Below, in pieces: positions 1 through 13,027 of a stretch of DNA of 64,000 nucleotides. Position 1 is the first letter of the stretch, and each line of letters opens with the position of its first letter. This DNA is from Octopus bimaculoides. Taxonomy: Eukaryota. The notes under the pieces are model-generated. The model made no database searches. It was not told the origin of the DNA and saw only the letters and a program-made list of their open reading frames with translations. The stretch lies in NCBI RefSeq assembly GCF_001194135.2, contig NC_069005.1:14673891-14737890 (forward strand). The letters are read 5' to 3'. The translations under genes and the position numbers were made by a program.

Positions 1-329
1 TAAGCATCGTTCCAGAAATGAGATCAGTGCTCAATTACAAGTGATAGAATATACAGAGATAGAGGACAACAGACCTGTGGGCTGGAGGGAGGCTGGAGCA
101 TGATTGTTAGTGATTTAATGCCAATCAGTTGAGTGACCCTTTCCTGGAAGTGTTCCAGGTGTAGATCAGTGCGCTATTGCAAGTCTCACTTGAGCTTTGT
201 AAAGTAGGGACATGTAATGTGAATGAACAATATCTGTTTGGTTTAAAAAATGTTAGGTACATGTGGCAGAAGAAGGTTGTGAAGAAAATAGGTGAGTTAA
301 AAAAATTTGGGGATGATGGAACAATTATT

Positions 330-556
330 TTGACTCTTTAGCATTGAAACTGGCCATATCAGGCCCATATATTCTACCTGTTTTATGTTCAAACTGGCCA
401 GATTCAGCCTCTAACATCTACCCTACAATGTCATTGTAAAAATTTAACAGCCACCTCATTGAAATCTCAAAACTGAGACAATGCATGATTAATTCAAAAC
501 AATGTGAATAAATAAGCATTACATTTAATAGAATAATCTGGAAGCTAAAGGGTTAA
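330..556. mobile_element. piggyBac-like MITE (~225 bp); further copies at ~8533-8747, 30618-30841, 42397-42619, 42818-43027, 58321-58547
   Basis: Family ends are ttaaCCCTTTAGCATT...ATGCTAAAGGGttaa (short TIR, CCC/GGG termini, TTAA flanks). Internal sequence is shared among copies in both orientations. No ORF. Confidence 0.7.
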
Positions 557-1703
557 ATACTTGATAACCTTCCTACTGACAACCACTCAGGTGCTAAGTA
601 CTCAGGAATAGAACCAATTGTTTTGTAAATCAGGCAAAAATGAAACAAGTATGTTGTCCCATGGACACACCAGCTATAGTTGTAATGGTTTGAACTTACA
701 ACCATGCAATCTCATGCGTGTCACCTTAACACAGTCATTGTCTTTCAGCCTATATACAACTACTTAACAGTTTCTGGAAAAATTCACTGTTATGTAATCT
801 TTTATATGATTCTATTTAGGAAATTTGGTTTTGCATCTGATAATTTATGTTCACAGATAAACCATTTAATCTTATTGCAAGAAAACATTCTCAAAAGAAA
901 AAATGCAAAGAGCAGCTAGGCATACGGAAATCTGCCTCAAAAGGTTTCATCTGATTCAAGCAGACATGGAACATTAAATGTTAAAATGATGACAATGAGT
1001 CAGTAAATCACATTTTGAATAAGATATTCAAAATTTCTGGGTGTATATATAAAACATATATTAAACACTTTTTTCTATAATTAAACACTGATCCAGCATG
1101 TTTGGTTTTTATAAGGATTGTGATGTGTTTTATGCTTTGTATAATACATAATTAATATGTGTGTGTGTGTGTATCTTTCACCAATGTACACTGATGAAGG
1201 ATATAAACATTCCAATAAAAGAAAATTAAAAATAAAACTAGAACTTTACACAAGAACTTCAAGATAATTTGATCTCTTATATCAAGTTTAAAAAACTTGT
1301 TTACCACTCTAGCATCTGCTACTAACAATACTACTGATTACCAATTTCAATATACACTCATTGAATAACTAACTCTAAAAGAAACTAATTGCAAATTACT
1401 AATCTTAGCAAAATTATAAAAACTCATAAAAACATTATAAGTATACTATTAATGTTATGATTTATAATATTATAACCTTCTGCTAGTTATATAGGCTATT
1501 GGTTCAAGCATAATGTAGATCAATGTATAGAAGACTGGACACATTGAAGTTTTAGTTTGAAATGAAAAAAACACAAGATGAGATTAACAGTATAGGAAAT
1601 TCAAATTTTGACAACTCATCTCAAAATTGAAGCTTAATTCAAAGTGTGATTTCATTTTGTTTAATGTGAAATCCCTGATACTTGATACTTTAATATAATA
1701 CAG

Positions 1704-1744
<41 letters not shown>

Positions 1745-1849
1745 TATATACACACACACACATATATATATATACATATATATATTTATATACATACATG
1801 CAAAATTATATATGTACATATATATATATATACGTACATACACATATAT

Positions 1850-1898
<49 letters not shown>

Positions 1899-2314
1899 NN
1901 NNNNNNNNTATACATGTTCTTGTTAACACTTTCACCCTCCGCAAAAAATTCCGAATTTTATTTGGTTTGCTTTGCGGGAAGGACTGTTCCAATGAAGTCG
2001 CGTATTGTCCTTGCCTTCGAAGCATGGAGTAGATGGACAGGGACAACTGATGAAGGGAAATATTCTTTATGTTGCATGTCTAGTTTCTCTATTTTTTTCG
2101 TTGTTTGAAAAAAAGTTTGTTTTCTGTTTTTGTTTCTCATTGTGTTTAACGTTTTTTTGTGATGTCCTGTACCCATATATGCATGAATTTATACATATAG
2201 ATGTAAGTATGTACATATATGTATGGATATATGCATATATTTATATATTATGTGTGTATGTGTATATGTATGTATATGTGTTTTTATGTGTGTGTAGATA
2301 TATATGTATATGTG

Positions 2315-2358
<44 letters not shown>

Positions 2359-2639
2359 AAAATGAAAAATAATAAGGCAGAATGCTAAACTGAAAGCATA
2401 TTTTAATATAGATGTGTAAAAAGGATTTCTAACCGGCTTTCATTGCATGGCAAATTTTCAAGAAGAGGGAGAATGAAAATGATTTTTACAAAAAAGTAAA
2501 AAATAATATATAAAAAATAAATATACCAATACATTATATTGTCTTTGAGCTTTTAAAGTTCAATGGTAATCCATGTAGATAATAGTTGGAAAAATTAGGA
2601 TGCATGAAATTGAGAGTTGTGTTTGGTTTAAAAAAAAGA

Positions 2640-3440
2640 AAGGGGGTGAAAGGTTTTGTGTTAAGCAGGAAGTGTGGTGTCAAAACAGGAAGTGCATGTA
2701 AGGGAAGACAATTCTGTGGGTTTTATACTCTCTAGTTGGAGTTCTGGACTCTTTGTCAACAGGAAGTTTATGTCTGTGCTTAGAGAAATATGGTCACTGA
2801 GGGGTTTGTGTGTTAAGAAGTGGTTGGAATTTCTCTATAAAAAGATTCTTTCTTGTGTGGAGATTCTGTCTTTACATTGATAGAAAGGGAATATAAGGAA
2901 TTAAAGGTTTTTGTTTCTGGCACAAGAGTCTATGTAGCCACTGAGTGGAATTTGGCGGTGTTGAGGGAGATTTATTTGTTCTTTATGGACTACTACTCTT
3001 CTATGCAAAGGGAGGCTTGTCTGTCTGATATAGTTGTGTTGGCAACCTGCGCATGTGAGGACATAAATGAGGTTCCCAGAGGAACAAGAGAAATTGGTTT
3101 TGATTTTAAACTTTGTTCCTTGTTTGAAGGTAAATTCAGAGCCTTCAAGTAGGTAGGGGCAGGTACCACAGTTAGGGCGTGCACATTTTTTAACTGATGG
3201 GGGTGGAAGTGGTGTATGTAGTTTGGCATTGGTTAAGAGTTTTTTCAAAGATTTGTGTTGCCTTTTGCATTTAAGGACTTTGTGTGTATTGATGATATTG
3301 TTCATTTTCGGGTCTGTGGTGAGTAAGGGGAGGTTTTGTTTGATTGTGGTGTATGCTTCAATGTTTTTGGGGTTGTGGGTGGAGATGTATGGAAGTATTT
3401 TGGGGTTGGGTGTGTTATTGTGTTAGTCAACCTATTTAAT
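2640..3440 (-). mobile_element. Penelope-like retroelement fragment (linker + GIY-YIG endonuclease)
   Basis: ORF 3305-2901 contains CARPNCGTCPYL (CCHH-type linker) and NLIYVLTCAGCQHNYIRQT...RVVVHK (GIY-YIG, GQT mutated to RQT). The upstream frame reads ILPYISTHNP...DPKM...KRQHKSLKKLLT. Confidence 0.9.
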
Positions 3441-4377
3441 TGTTATATTTATGGATAATTCTATGCATGGTGCTCCATTTTGCAAATGTCTTTTATCTGA
3501 TTTTTTAAAATTATATACACTGAGCAATTAAAAAAAAAAATTGTTTGTATATATACATTGGGATCCAGATGTATTTTTATGTGGATGTGTGTATTGTAAG
3601 CATGCATATGTATTTATATGTGTGTAAGTATATGTGTATGTTTATATCTATGTACGTAGTACATGTACATATATGTATACCTGTATATACTTATATTTGT
3701 GTGAATATGTATTTATGTATATTTATATACGTAAGTATATATGTGTATTTGTATGCTAATATATACTTATGTGTATATATATATGTAATTTCATTTTATG
3801 TGTATGTTCGTTACACATATTTCGTGATCTCTCTTTCTTTTCTTTTCTTACTCAAAGTATCTTTTCTCTTCCTACTTGATACTTTGCTTAGAGTCCTTAA
3901 ACAACACACTCCTTTTCTTCCTTTTCTCTTTCTCTCACTAGTTTTTTACGTTTCTGTTTCTTTTTCTTTTACTTTTTCTCTTCCTCATCCCTACGCTTAA
4001 GGTATATTTCCCATTTCTTTCGTCTCTAATAACTGACTTGTATATGTATACACCAAGAGATTTTGTGCGCATACATGTATCCATACATATATGTATATGT
4101 GTATTTGTGTATATATTTATGTCTTACATATATATCTCTATATATGTATATAACTATGTACATGCACCTGTGTATTTTGGTGTATATATGTATATTATAG
4201 ATGGTCTAGTATGCGTATATACTGCTGACAAAAATATTTATGTATTACAGCGTAAAAATTTAAAATTTTAATTTTAATGTATTAATTGACTTATATTTCA
4301 TATATAATTATTTACCATATGTACTTGGAATCTGTCCTTCATTTTAAGGTTTTCTTTGATTTTACAGTAGGATGAAT

Positions 4378-4424
4378 TTATACTGAATTTATTTTCTTCA
4401 TTGCATGCTTAAGACCATATATGC

Positions 4425-4457
<33 letters not shown>

Positions 4458-4507
4458 TATACATATAGGTATATGCATATACATATATATAGGTATATAC
4501 ATATATA

Positions 4508-4539
<32 letters not shown>

Positions 4540-4663
4540 CACATACAGGTATATACATATACATGTATATATATAAACATTTAGGTATATACTTATACAT
4601 ATATGTATATATATACATGTATATATGTAGATGTATATATGTATATGTATACACATATATATA

Positions 4664-4720
<57 letters not shown>

Positions 4721-4745
4721 GCATGTATATATATATGTGTATAGT
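4378..4745. repeat. compound (TA)n/(TACA)n/(TG)n microsatellite
   Basis: Directly visible. Similar tracts at ~1700-1900, 2200-2355, 3550-3790, 12000-12065, 22560-22625, 43560-43740, 56050-56175 and 61657-61755 ((TATG)n). Confidence 0.95.
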
Positions 4746-4769
4746 GGTGTTTGAATACGGTACTGGATT

Positions 4770-6003
4770 TTTTTGGCCTTGTGAAGGTGTTCTTTCACTC
4801 TGACATGGAGTTGTCTTTTGGTTGATCCAATATATTTAGCCCCGCAAGTACAGATTATTTCCTATATTACATTCGTTTGAAAACATAGCCTGGCACTGTT
4901 TGGCTTTGATGGGGTATTGGTTCAGACAGCATGTATTCTGTATGTTGTTGTTGTGGGAAAGGTAGTGCCTGTGGGTTTGGCCTTACCTCATGATTCTGAC
5001 AGGGAAGCCAGACTTTCTGATGACATTCCTTAGTTGGTTTTCAACCTTTTCTCCATAGTACAGAAGGTTGATATATGTTCATCTAATATCTTTTCACTTA
5101 TCTCTCTCTCTCTCTCTTTCACTTTCTTTTTGTCTACTTTTCCTTCTCCTTTTGTCGTTCTATCTGTTGTACGTGTTGTTGTTAATATCATTAACATCGT
5201 TGTTGTTGCTGCTGCTGTCGCCGTTGTAGTTGGTGGTGGTCTTGTCATGGCTTCTTGGTGTTTGTGTGTTATACACTTTCTCTATGTACCTGGGTCTGTA
5301 TCCTCTACTGCACAGCATCCTGATGAAATCTCTCCTCATGTCATCTTTTACATCAGCCTCGTCACCTCTATTTTTGTGATGGCTGACCTCATTAAGGGCT
5401 ACATTATGTTTCAACGTCTGTGGGTGTGCTGAATCCAAATGGAGGAAGATGTCTTTCTTCACCTCTTTCTCGAAGAAGCGGATTGTGGCATATCCCAAAG
5501 TGAAGGATACATCAAAGTTTAAGAGGCTCAGTGAGCCGTTTGTGGTTGGTTGTTCAAGGTTGAAATGGATGTTGTGGTGAAGGTTGTTAACGACATTATG
5601 GATCTTGATCGCCTCATCCCTGGATTTGGTTAAGATGAATGCCTCATCAACATATCTCTGGTATAGGGTGATGTGTTGTCCTGTGTAGAATGCTTGGTGC
5701 CCCAGTTTGTCCAGGGTAAGAGTGGCCAAGATACCACTGAGTCTGGATCCCATGGGGTGGCTGTTGCATTGTCGGTATGTGGTGTTTTCGTATCAGAAGT
5801 ATGTGTTGCAGTGTAGAAATCCAGGATGGATTTGAAGCCTGCTGGTAAGGAGTCTGTGGCCAGCTTGTGGCTTCGCTCTAGTTGCTTTTAGATTGTTAGT
5901 ATGGTCTCAGCTGGTGGTATGCTAATGTACATAGACTGTACGTCTAGGCTGAAGGCATAGTTGCTGTCCGAGACAGTTCTGGGAGGGAGCTTGTGTAGTA
6001 GCT
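4770..6003 (-). mobile_element. Penelope-like retroelement, 5'-truncated RT plus GIY-YIG start, degenerate
   Basis: RT motifs FSLDVQSMYISIP, NTYF.Y...Y.Q...PMGSRLSGILATL and YQRYVDEAFIL. Downstream [24 protein letters not shown] (GIY-YIG). Stops and frameshifts are present. Confidence 0.9.
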
Positions 6004-6430
6004 AAACCAATGTCCCATCAAAACCAAACAGCCCACAGACAGTTCCAGGCTATGTTTTCAAACGAATGTAATATATGAAATGACCTGTACTTGCGGGAAT
6101 AAATATATTGGATCAACCAAATGACAGCTCCATATCAGAGTGAAAGAACACCTTCACAAGGCCACAGTACCCAGCGCTGTATTCCAACGCCAGCAACACT
6201 GCAGTGGAGAATTCTCCACCTGGATACTGGCCAGGGGAACATGCAGTCAACCTCTGAATAAAGTAGGTACATTACACCAGGAAAAAGGCACCCAACCTCA
6301 ACCACTAAAATGAACTTGACGGTTGGAAATTCATTTACTACCTCTGGAATCTCTAACCAACATTAGCGGTAATAACCATGTAAAGTCTGATGAAGGATTA
6401 TAGATCCAAAAGTACTCACTTAACCCACTA
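6004..6430 (+). mobile_element. Inverted terminal (pseudo-LTR-like) copy of the same Penelope 3' end
   Basis: 6007-6165 is the reverse complement of ~4777-4920 (MTCTCGNKYIGSTK*QLHIRVKEHL), followed by 3'UTR-like sequence with a hammerhead motif. Confidence 0.85.
6383..6421 (+). ncRNA. Minimal type I hammerhead ribozyme motif with one core substitution
   Basis: AAGT-CTGATGA-A-GGAT(tatag)ATCC-AAAA-GTAC-TC-ACTT. Stem I is AAGU/ACUU, stem II GGAU/AUCC, stem III the palindrome GUAC, cleavage after UC. GAAA is changed to AAAA. Confidence 0.75.
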
Positions 6431-7119
6431 ACCCTAGAACTAGCAACAAGGCTATACAAACACCACACACTCTATCTATCTAATCTACATCTCGAAAACT
6501 GCTAAACCTCTTTACTTTCAACTTCTGATATTTTGTACTTCTGCTCTACCTGTCTGCCTGTCTATCCTTCTATCTCTTTATCTACCCATCTACCTATCTG
6601 TCTATCTCTCAAAAACCACTAAACCTTTTAAACTTTCGAAACTTCTGAACCTTTGAAATTTGAAAATTTGAAAAAAAAAAAAGAAAAATTTCCTGGGTTT
6701 CCTCAAAGACCTCCTCACTGTTCATATAAATATATTTATACTAATGCCTCAGTTTCTCATCGTCTTTTCATTTTCTAACTTTTTAATTTTTTTTTTTTTT
6801 CTCTAAGATAGTTTTTTTAATATTCTTTTCTCTTTTCGTTCTTCATTTTGTCAGTTCTCCACCGTTTTTTCTTCCTTGCTCTACTCTACCATCTTTCACC
6901 CTTAGCCTTTGATTTCCCCATCAATAAACCGCTGAACCCCTTCCCCAGGTATCACCTCCTCCTCCTACCTGTTCATTCTTTCCTCCGGAGCTCAGCTTTA
7001 CTTCTCTCAGCATAGCACCCCCTCTCACCATCCCACTATGGCGTAGTCTAGACCACGACCATGTTGCCTGAGATACACCAATATCTTTTAGACATAAATA
7101 CACACACACACACACACAC

Positions 7120-7288
7120 ATATACATACATGATGGGCTTCTTTGAGTTTCTATCTACCAAATCCACTCACAAGGCTTTGGTCAGCTCGAGGCTATAGTA
7201 GAAGACACTTGCCCAAAGTGCCATGCAGTGGGACTGAACCCAGAACCATGTGGTTGTGAAACAAGTTTCTTACCAAACACTCATGCCA

Positions 7289-7290
<2 letters not shown>
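7120..7290 (-). mobile_element. tRNA-derived SINE with CORE-like central motif (representative). Many more copies at ~9190-10010, 11050-11330, 11750-12310, 15090-15240, 16500-17050, 18450-18630, 19930-20075, 20690-20980, 27340-27550, 34330-34550, 40400-40650, 48900-49170, 52850-52985
   Basis: Recurrent motif ggttcagtcccactgcgtggcaccttgggcaagtgtcttctactatagcc...gagtggatttggtagacggaaactgaaagaagcc with a tRNA-like head and microsatellite tails. Confidence 0.85.
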
Positions 7291-7344
<54 letters not shown>

Positions 7345-9804
7345 TAATTGTTATATGATTTAAAATAAAAGACCAGAATGATTTGTTAAAGGAGTATGGA
7401 ATCATTTACCTTAGTACTATAATGCCGCCAAAAAAAAATACAGTCTTATGTCTAATGTGTCTCATCAATTACACAAATCTTTTTCAAATTACCAAACAGA
7501 TTTTTCCCATGACTACTTGGGGATATATTGTAAAATATGTTTTGTTTTTTGGGGTTTCTTTTAAAGATAATACCTACTATGTAGACCATATAAGCTACCA
7601 ATGAATTGGTTGAAATTTTAGAGTATCTACTTCGTTTTTGTATCTGGTTTGCAAGAAACTTTATCTGAATTCATGTGTTGAAACTAATTTTGTTGTGTCT
7701 AGGGAGAGTCATTAAAACAAATGACTTACTGTTTAATCAAATTAAACAAACAATTTATTTGTTGGATATTTAAGCAATTGACTAATAAAGGAATGGAATT
7801 GAACCAGAGTGTGTGTTAATAATATTGGCATAATGATTCTCCTTAGAGTAGTAAACTTGAGAATAACATGGGATAGAACTCCCAACTATTTTAGATGATA
7901 ATGACACTAGTCTTTATGATACCATGTTTTCTTATCAAGTTGTTATTTTCACATTGCTGTGACTTTAGATCAGAAGTGAAGAACCTGCAACATTCTGAAA
8001 GAAATGATAATAACTGGTACTCCTTCAGTTACAGTGACAAGAGTTCCAGTTGATCTGATAAATGGAACAGCCTGCTTTTGAAATTAACATGCAAGTAGCT
8101 TAGCACCCCACTGACATTCGTACCCTTAAAGGAGTTCTCAGAGAGATTCAGTGCGATAAGGCTGACCCTTTGAAGTGAATTACACACACAACTCATTTTT
8201 GCTAGATGAGTAGACTGGAGTAATGGGAAATAAAGTGTTTTACTCAAAGACACAACATGCTTCCGGGAATCAAATTCATGACCTTATGATTGTAGGCTGG
8301 ATACCCCTAACCACTAAGCCATGCACCTTCGCCCTGAAAGAAATACATTTGATGGAAAATCATACTAAAATATATTTTTGTCAGTTTAGTTTTAGTTAAA
8401 GCCTATCTTTTCAGCTTACTGTAAACTTTAGAAACACCTGTTTATATTTCTTTTCCTACAATCATAATTACTTTCAGAAAATATAAAAGTGAATTGTAGC
8501 CTAGAATAAACATTGATTTATCATTGTATGCATTAAACCTTTCGCATTTAAAATGGCCATATCCAGCCCAAATATCGTCCCTTGTTTTATGTTCAAACTG
8601 GCCTATTACACCTACCCCATAATGTCATTCTAAAAATAAAGTTATGTCAGCTAAATCTCCAAGCTATGAGACATTGTATGATAAATTCAAAACAATATGA
8701 ATAAATAAGCATTACATTTGACAGTAATCTGAACGCTAAAGGGTTAAATTGGCTGTGGACACTTATATTTAAGCACATTTTTCCAATAAAATAAAGGTTG
8801 CTTTTAAAAATATAGGTTACCTGTTAAAATTTGTTGATAGAATTTTTACAAAGAATTATATTTTATATGATAATCAAGGATTATTCAAGTTGAAAGTAAG
8901 GTTAATTTCTCATGTGAAAGAGACCGACTACATTTTTCATAACTTGTTCTTGTAAATGATGAGTCACTCATGGTGACGAGAGAATGGCATCCTATCATCA
9001 ACGTGGACAAAAAATATATTTATTTAAAAATAAAAGATACATTTATTTTAGATTTCTGAATCTCAATTTTTATTGTTTTCTCTCTCAAGATATGGATTAA
9101 CATATTTACAATTAAGAAACAAAAGTCTTCATTATGTTTAATATGACTGTTTTTTAACTGTATTTATTTCACCATTTCTTTTATCTTTCCTTTCAGTCAT
9201 TTGACAGTAGCCATGCTGGAGTACTACTCTTGAAGGGTTTTTATTTGAACAAATCAATCCCAGGACTTTTAAAAAAACTTGGTAATTATTCTATCGGTCT
9301 CTTTTGCCGAACAGCTAGTTATGAGAATGTAAATACACCAACAACAGTTGTCAAGTGGTGGTGGTGGTGGTGGGGTGGGGGACAAACACACACACATATA
9401 CATATATTTATATATGACAAGCTTCTTTTAGTCTCCATCTACCAAATCTACTCAAAGCTTTGGTCAGCCCAAGGCTAAAGTAGAAGGCACTTGCCCAAGG
9501 TGTCATGCAGTGGGGCTGAATCTGGAACCATGTGGTTGGGAAGCAAGCTTCTTACCACACAGCCACACCTGTGCCTTCGTATTTTATCATTCTTTTCTTT
9601 TATTCTTTTATTTGTTTCGGTCATTTAACAGTGGCCATACTGGTGCACCACCTTTAGTTGAACAAATCGACTTGAAGGCTTATTCTATGTAAGCCTAGTA
9701 CTTATTCTATCAGTCATTTTTGCTGAACAGCTAAGTTACGGGGACATAAACATACCAACAGTGGTTGTCAAGCGACAGTGGGAGGATAAACATATACATA
9801 TATG

Positions 9805-9854
<50 letters not shown>

Positions 9855-11334
9855 TACAATAGGCTTCTTTCAGTTTCTGTTTACGAAATACACTCAAAAG
9901 GCTTTGGTTGGCCCAAGACTGTAGTAGAAGACACTTGCCCAAGGTGCCACACAGTGGGACAGAACCCAGAACCATGTGGTTGGGAAGTAAGGTTCTTACC
10001 ACACAGCTATGCTATATTCATAAAGCTGTAATAATTGTTTCTAATTTAAGCACAAGACCAGAAGTTTCAAAGGGAGGGGTTAGTCTAATTAATTACATCA
10101 ATCTCAATACTCAACTGGTATTTTATTTTATTGACCTTGTAGGGATGAAAGGCAAAACTGACCACAGCAAGATTTGAACTCAGAATATAAAGAGCTAGAA
10201 TGAATATCACAAAGCATTTTATCTAACTCTTTAATGATTCTGCCAACCCACCAACCTACTGGCACTCTGCCAGTTATGACAAGGGTTTCAGCTGATCCGA
10301 TCAATGGAACAGCCAGCTAATGAAATTAATGTGCAAGTGGCTGAGCACTCCACAAACACATGTACCCTTAACGTAGTTCTCAAGGAGATTCAGCACAGCA
10401 CAGATGTGACATGGCTGGCCCTTTGAAATACATGTTCAACTCATTTTTGCCAGCTGAGTGGACTGGAGCAAAGTGAAATAAAGTGTCTTGCTCAAGGACA
10501 CAATATGCCGCCAGGAATCAATCTCACATCCTTACAGTTGTGAGCCAAATACCCTTAACCCACAAATGTAATAATGGTAAGTGGATCTGATTTTGTTTGG
10601 TTTTGCACTTAGCTAACTTTGTGAAGGTGCTCCTTGTTTTATTGATGCGACTCATGTGACTTTATCCATCATTGGAGATCTATCAACATTGGCTACATTT
10701 CGAAGAATCCATTTTTTTTTTATTACCTCTACTTGGGCTTCACTATCAAAAAAAGGGATTTGAACCGAGAACCCAAAAAGCTGGAACTAATACCACCTGG
10801 CATCTCATCTGTCACATTAACAACTCAATCAAACCATCACTTTGGACTCCTATTTCATTTATCAACTCAGAAAAGATGAAAGGTAATGTTGACCTCAGCA
10901 GGATTTGAACTCCGGGCACAGAGAACTGGAACAAATACCACAAATTATTCCATCTGATATGCTAAAGACTCTGCCAATTCCTTAACACCACCCCCATCCA
11001 AAAACAAAAATTCCCAAATTAGTCAACAAAGAATTTCATTGATGTTGTTCTGTAGGAATGGCTGTGTGGTTAACAATTTTGCTTTGCAACCATGTGGTTT
11101 TGGAGTCAATTTTCACTATGTGGCACCTTGGGCAAGTGCCTTCTGCTATAGTCCTGTGCTGACCAATGCCTTGTAAGTGAATTTGGTGGACAGAAACTAT
11201 ATAGAAGCTCATTGTACACTTACATTTATGTTTCCCTGACCACCACAACAACCAATACCACTTGATGATCAGTTGGTTTGTTTATGTCCCTGTAATGTAG
11301 TGGTTTGGAAAAAGATACTGACAGAATAAGTGCT

Positions 11335-11660
11335 TCTTGCTTGCTTCATGCTCGGGTCATCCCAGGTTAGTGGTCCCAGAGGCATCATCATGTGTAGAGC
11401 TGACCAGGTCTACCAGTTCTCTCCATCACTGGCTGTCCCATGCCAGTCCCTCTACAACCTCCAAGGTGACCCTCCTGGGGCTTGCATAGTCCATAGATCC
11501 AAGAGAGCATTATCATCTGGAGCTTTGCTCCTGGTAGGGCCACCCTAGGTGAGCCAGTTCTAGACAAATGGTGGTACCAGGATTGCAACCATGTCATTCT
11601 GCAGAGGACCAACAACCCACCCAGAAGAACCTTCAACCTGTTCGATACCAACTGGAAAAA
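11335..11660 (-). mobile_element. RTE-clade LINE 3' end, degenerate
   Basis: Degenerate RT C-terminal pattern (RLKVLLG..., GxP...W) ending in an (AGCA)n tail. Confidence 0.5.
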
Positions 11661-11974
11661 AATCCAGACTGTCCAACATCAGAATAGAACCCCTCGCATG
11701 CCCCTGACCAATGAAAGAAAAAAAAAACAAAAACAAGATAGACTACGTACCAGACTTAAAAAGAAATAAGTATTAGGGTTGATTTGTTTGAGTAAATCCT
11801 TCAAGGTGGTGCTCCAGCATGGTCGCAGTCCAGTGATTAAAACACGTAAAAGATAAATATAGGTGCATGTGTGACTGTGTGGCACCTTGGGCAAGTGTCT
11901 TCCACTATAGCTGCAGGCTCACCAAAGCCTTGTAAGTGGATTTATTTGGTAGACATAAACTGAAAGAAGCCTGT

Positions 11975-12069
<95 letters not shown>

Positions 12070-12524
12070 ATATTGTACATATAATCATCATATATGTATA
12101 TATATATGTGTGTGTGTTTTTGTGTCTGTCCCCCATTCACTGCCTGGTAACTAGTTTTGGTGTGCTTATCTCTTCATAACTTAACAGTTCAGCAAATGAG
12201 AGATAAAATAAGTACCAGACTTACAAACAAAAGTACTGTGATTGATTCATTTGACTAAAAATTCCTCGAGGCAGTGCCCCAGCATGGCCACAGTCTACTG
12301 GCTGAAACAAGTAAAATCTATCTGACCCAGTCAAACATAAAAAAGAGAACGTTAAAACAACGGCAGTGGCAGGAATTGCATCTGACTGTAAAATCTTACT
12401 TCAGAATAAATCCCTATTCAAACTTATGCTTCCATGGGAAAGCAAACATGAAAATGAGTGAACAAACAAAACAAAAATCATTTTTAAGGAAAAAGCATTT
12501 AATAACCAAACTTGAATATTGGTT

Positions 12525-12745
12525 TTAATAATTGGTTTTATGCCGACGGAAATTGTAGAATTTATAAAGATATTTAATTCTCTTTTTTATATTGTGATGT
12601 TTTGTGGGATAATAAAACCTCAAATGATGCCCTTCAAATCTAATGTGACGTATTAATCGCTGCATCTCATTTCCTTTGAATCCTTTCAACCAGGGTGGAC
12701 CACGGATCAATTCCTTTGGAGTGACTTTGCCATCACCCAGTATAT
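12525..12745 (-). CDS. MRPL51: Mitochondrial ribosomal protein L51, last coding exon (phase 1 acceptor tttag|AT; stop TAA at 12527-12525)
   Basis: [33 protein letters not shown]...HNIKKRIKYLYKFYN matches the mL51 C-terminus (human [26 protein letters not shown]...LNKRIRYLYKHFN). Confidence 0.93.
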
Positions 12746-12864
12746 CTAAAGACAAAAACAAAAATCAAAGACTGTATCAAAATACATGCACAGAGACATA
12801 CAAACAAAGTTTATTATGTTTAACCCCAGGCCAACACTGATCATAGACACCTATTGCTCAAGAG

Positions 12865-13027
12865 CAGTGCTCTACAACCTTTTTTCACTTGCAGTACATT
12901 TATATCCTTTTCAAAATTCAGCTGCACACTTGAACAAAAGTATAACTAAAAGTATAAGGAGAAAAATTACATTCAGGTTACATTGAGGCACACCAGTGTG
13001 CCATGGCATACTGGTTGTGGAGCACTG
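12865..13027. mobile_element. hAT-type MITE in MRPL51 intron
   Basis: TIRs cagtgctctacaacc / ggttgtggagcactg. 8-bp TSD ctcaagag (12857-12864) / ctcaaaag (13028-13035). Confidence 0.8.

Noticed and set aside
1-200. Possible CR1/Jockey LINE remnant on the minus strand
   Set aside because: Only a vague motif resemblance over a short truncated stretch, so it cannot be supported.
1191-1215. CTGATGA-A-GGA...TTCC resembling a hammerhead 5' half (similar partial motifs at ~2046 on + and ~26720 on -)
   Set aside because: No GAAA core and no stem I partner, so the motif is too incomplete to call.
1584-4803. Many YIYI/CVCV/HTHT ORFs in the ORF track (also at 12, 43, 56 and 61 kb)
   Set aside because: Translations of dinucleotide and tetranucleotide microsatellites.
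8955-8990. ATGATGA-GTCAC(tcatg)GTGAC-GAGA, hammerhead-like or C/D-box-like
   Set aside because: Two core mismatches, no stems I or III, and no terminal CTGA D box. It is only a short hairpin.
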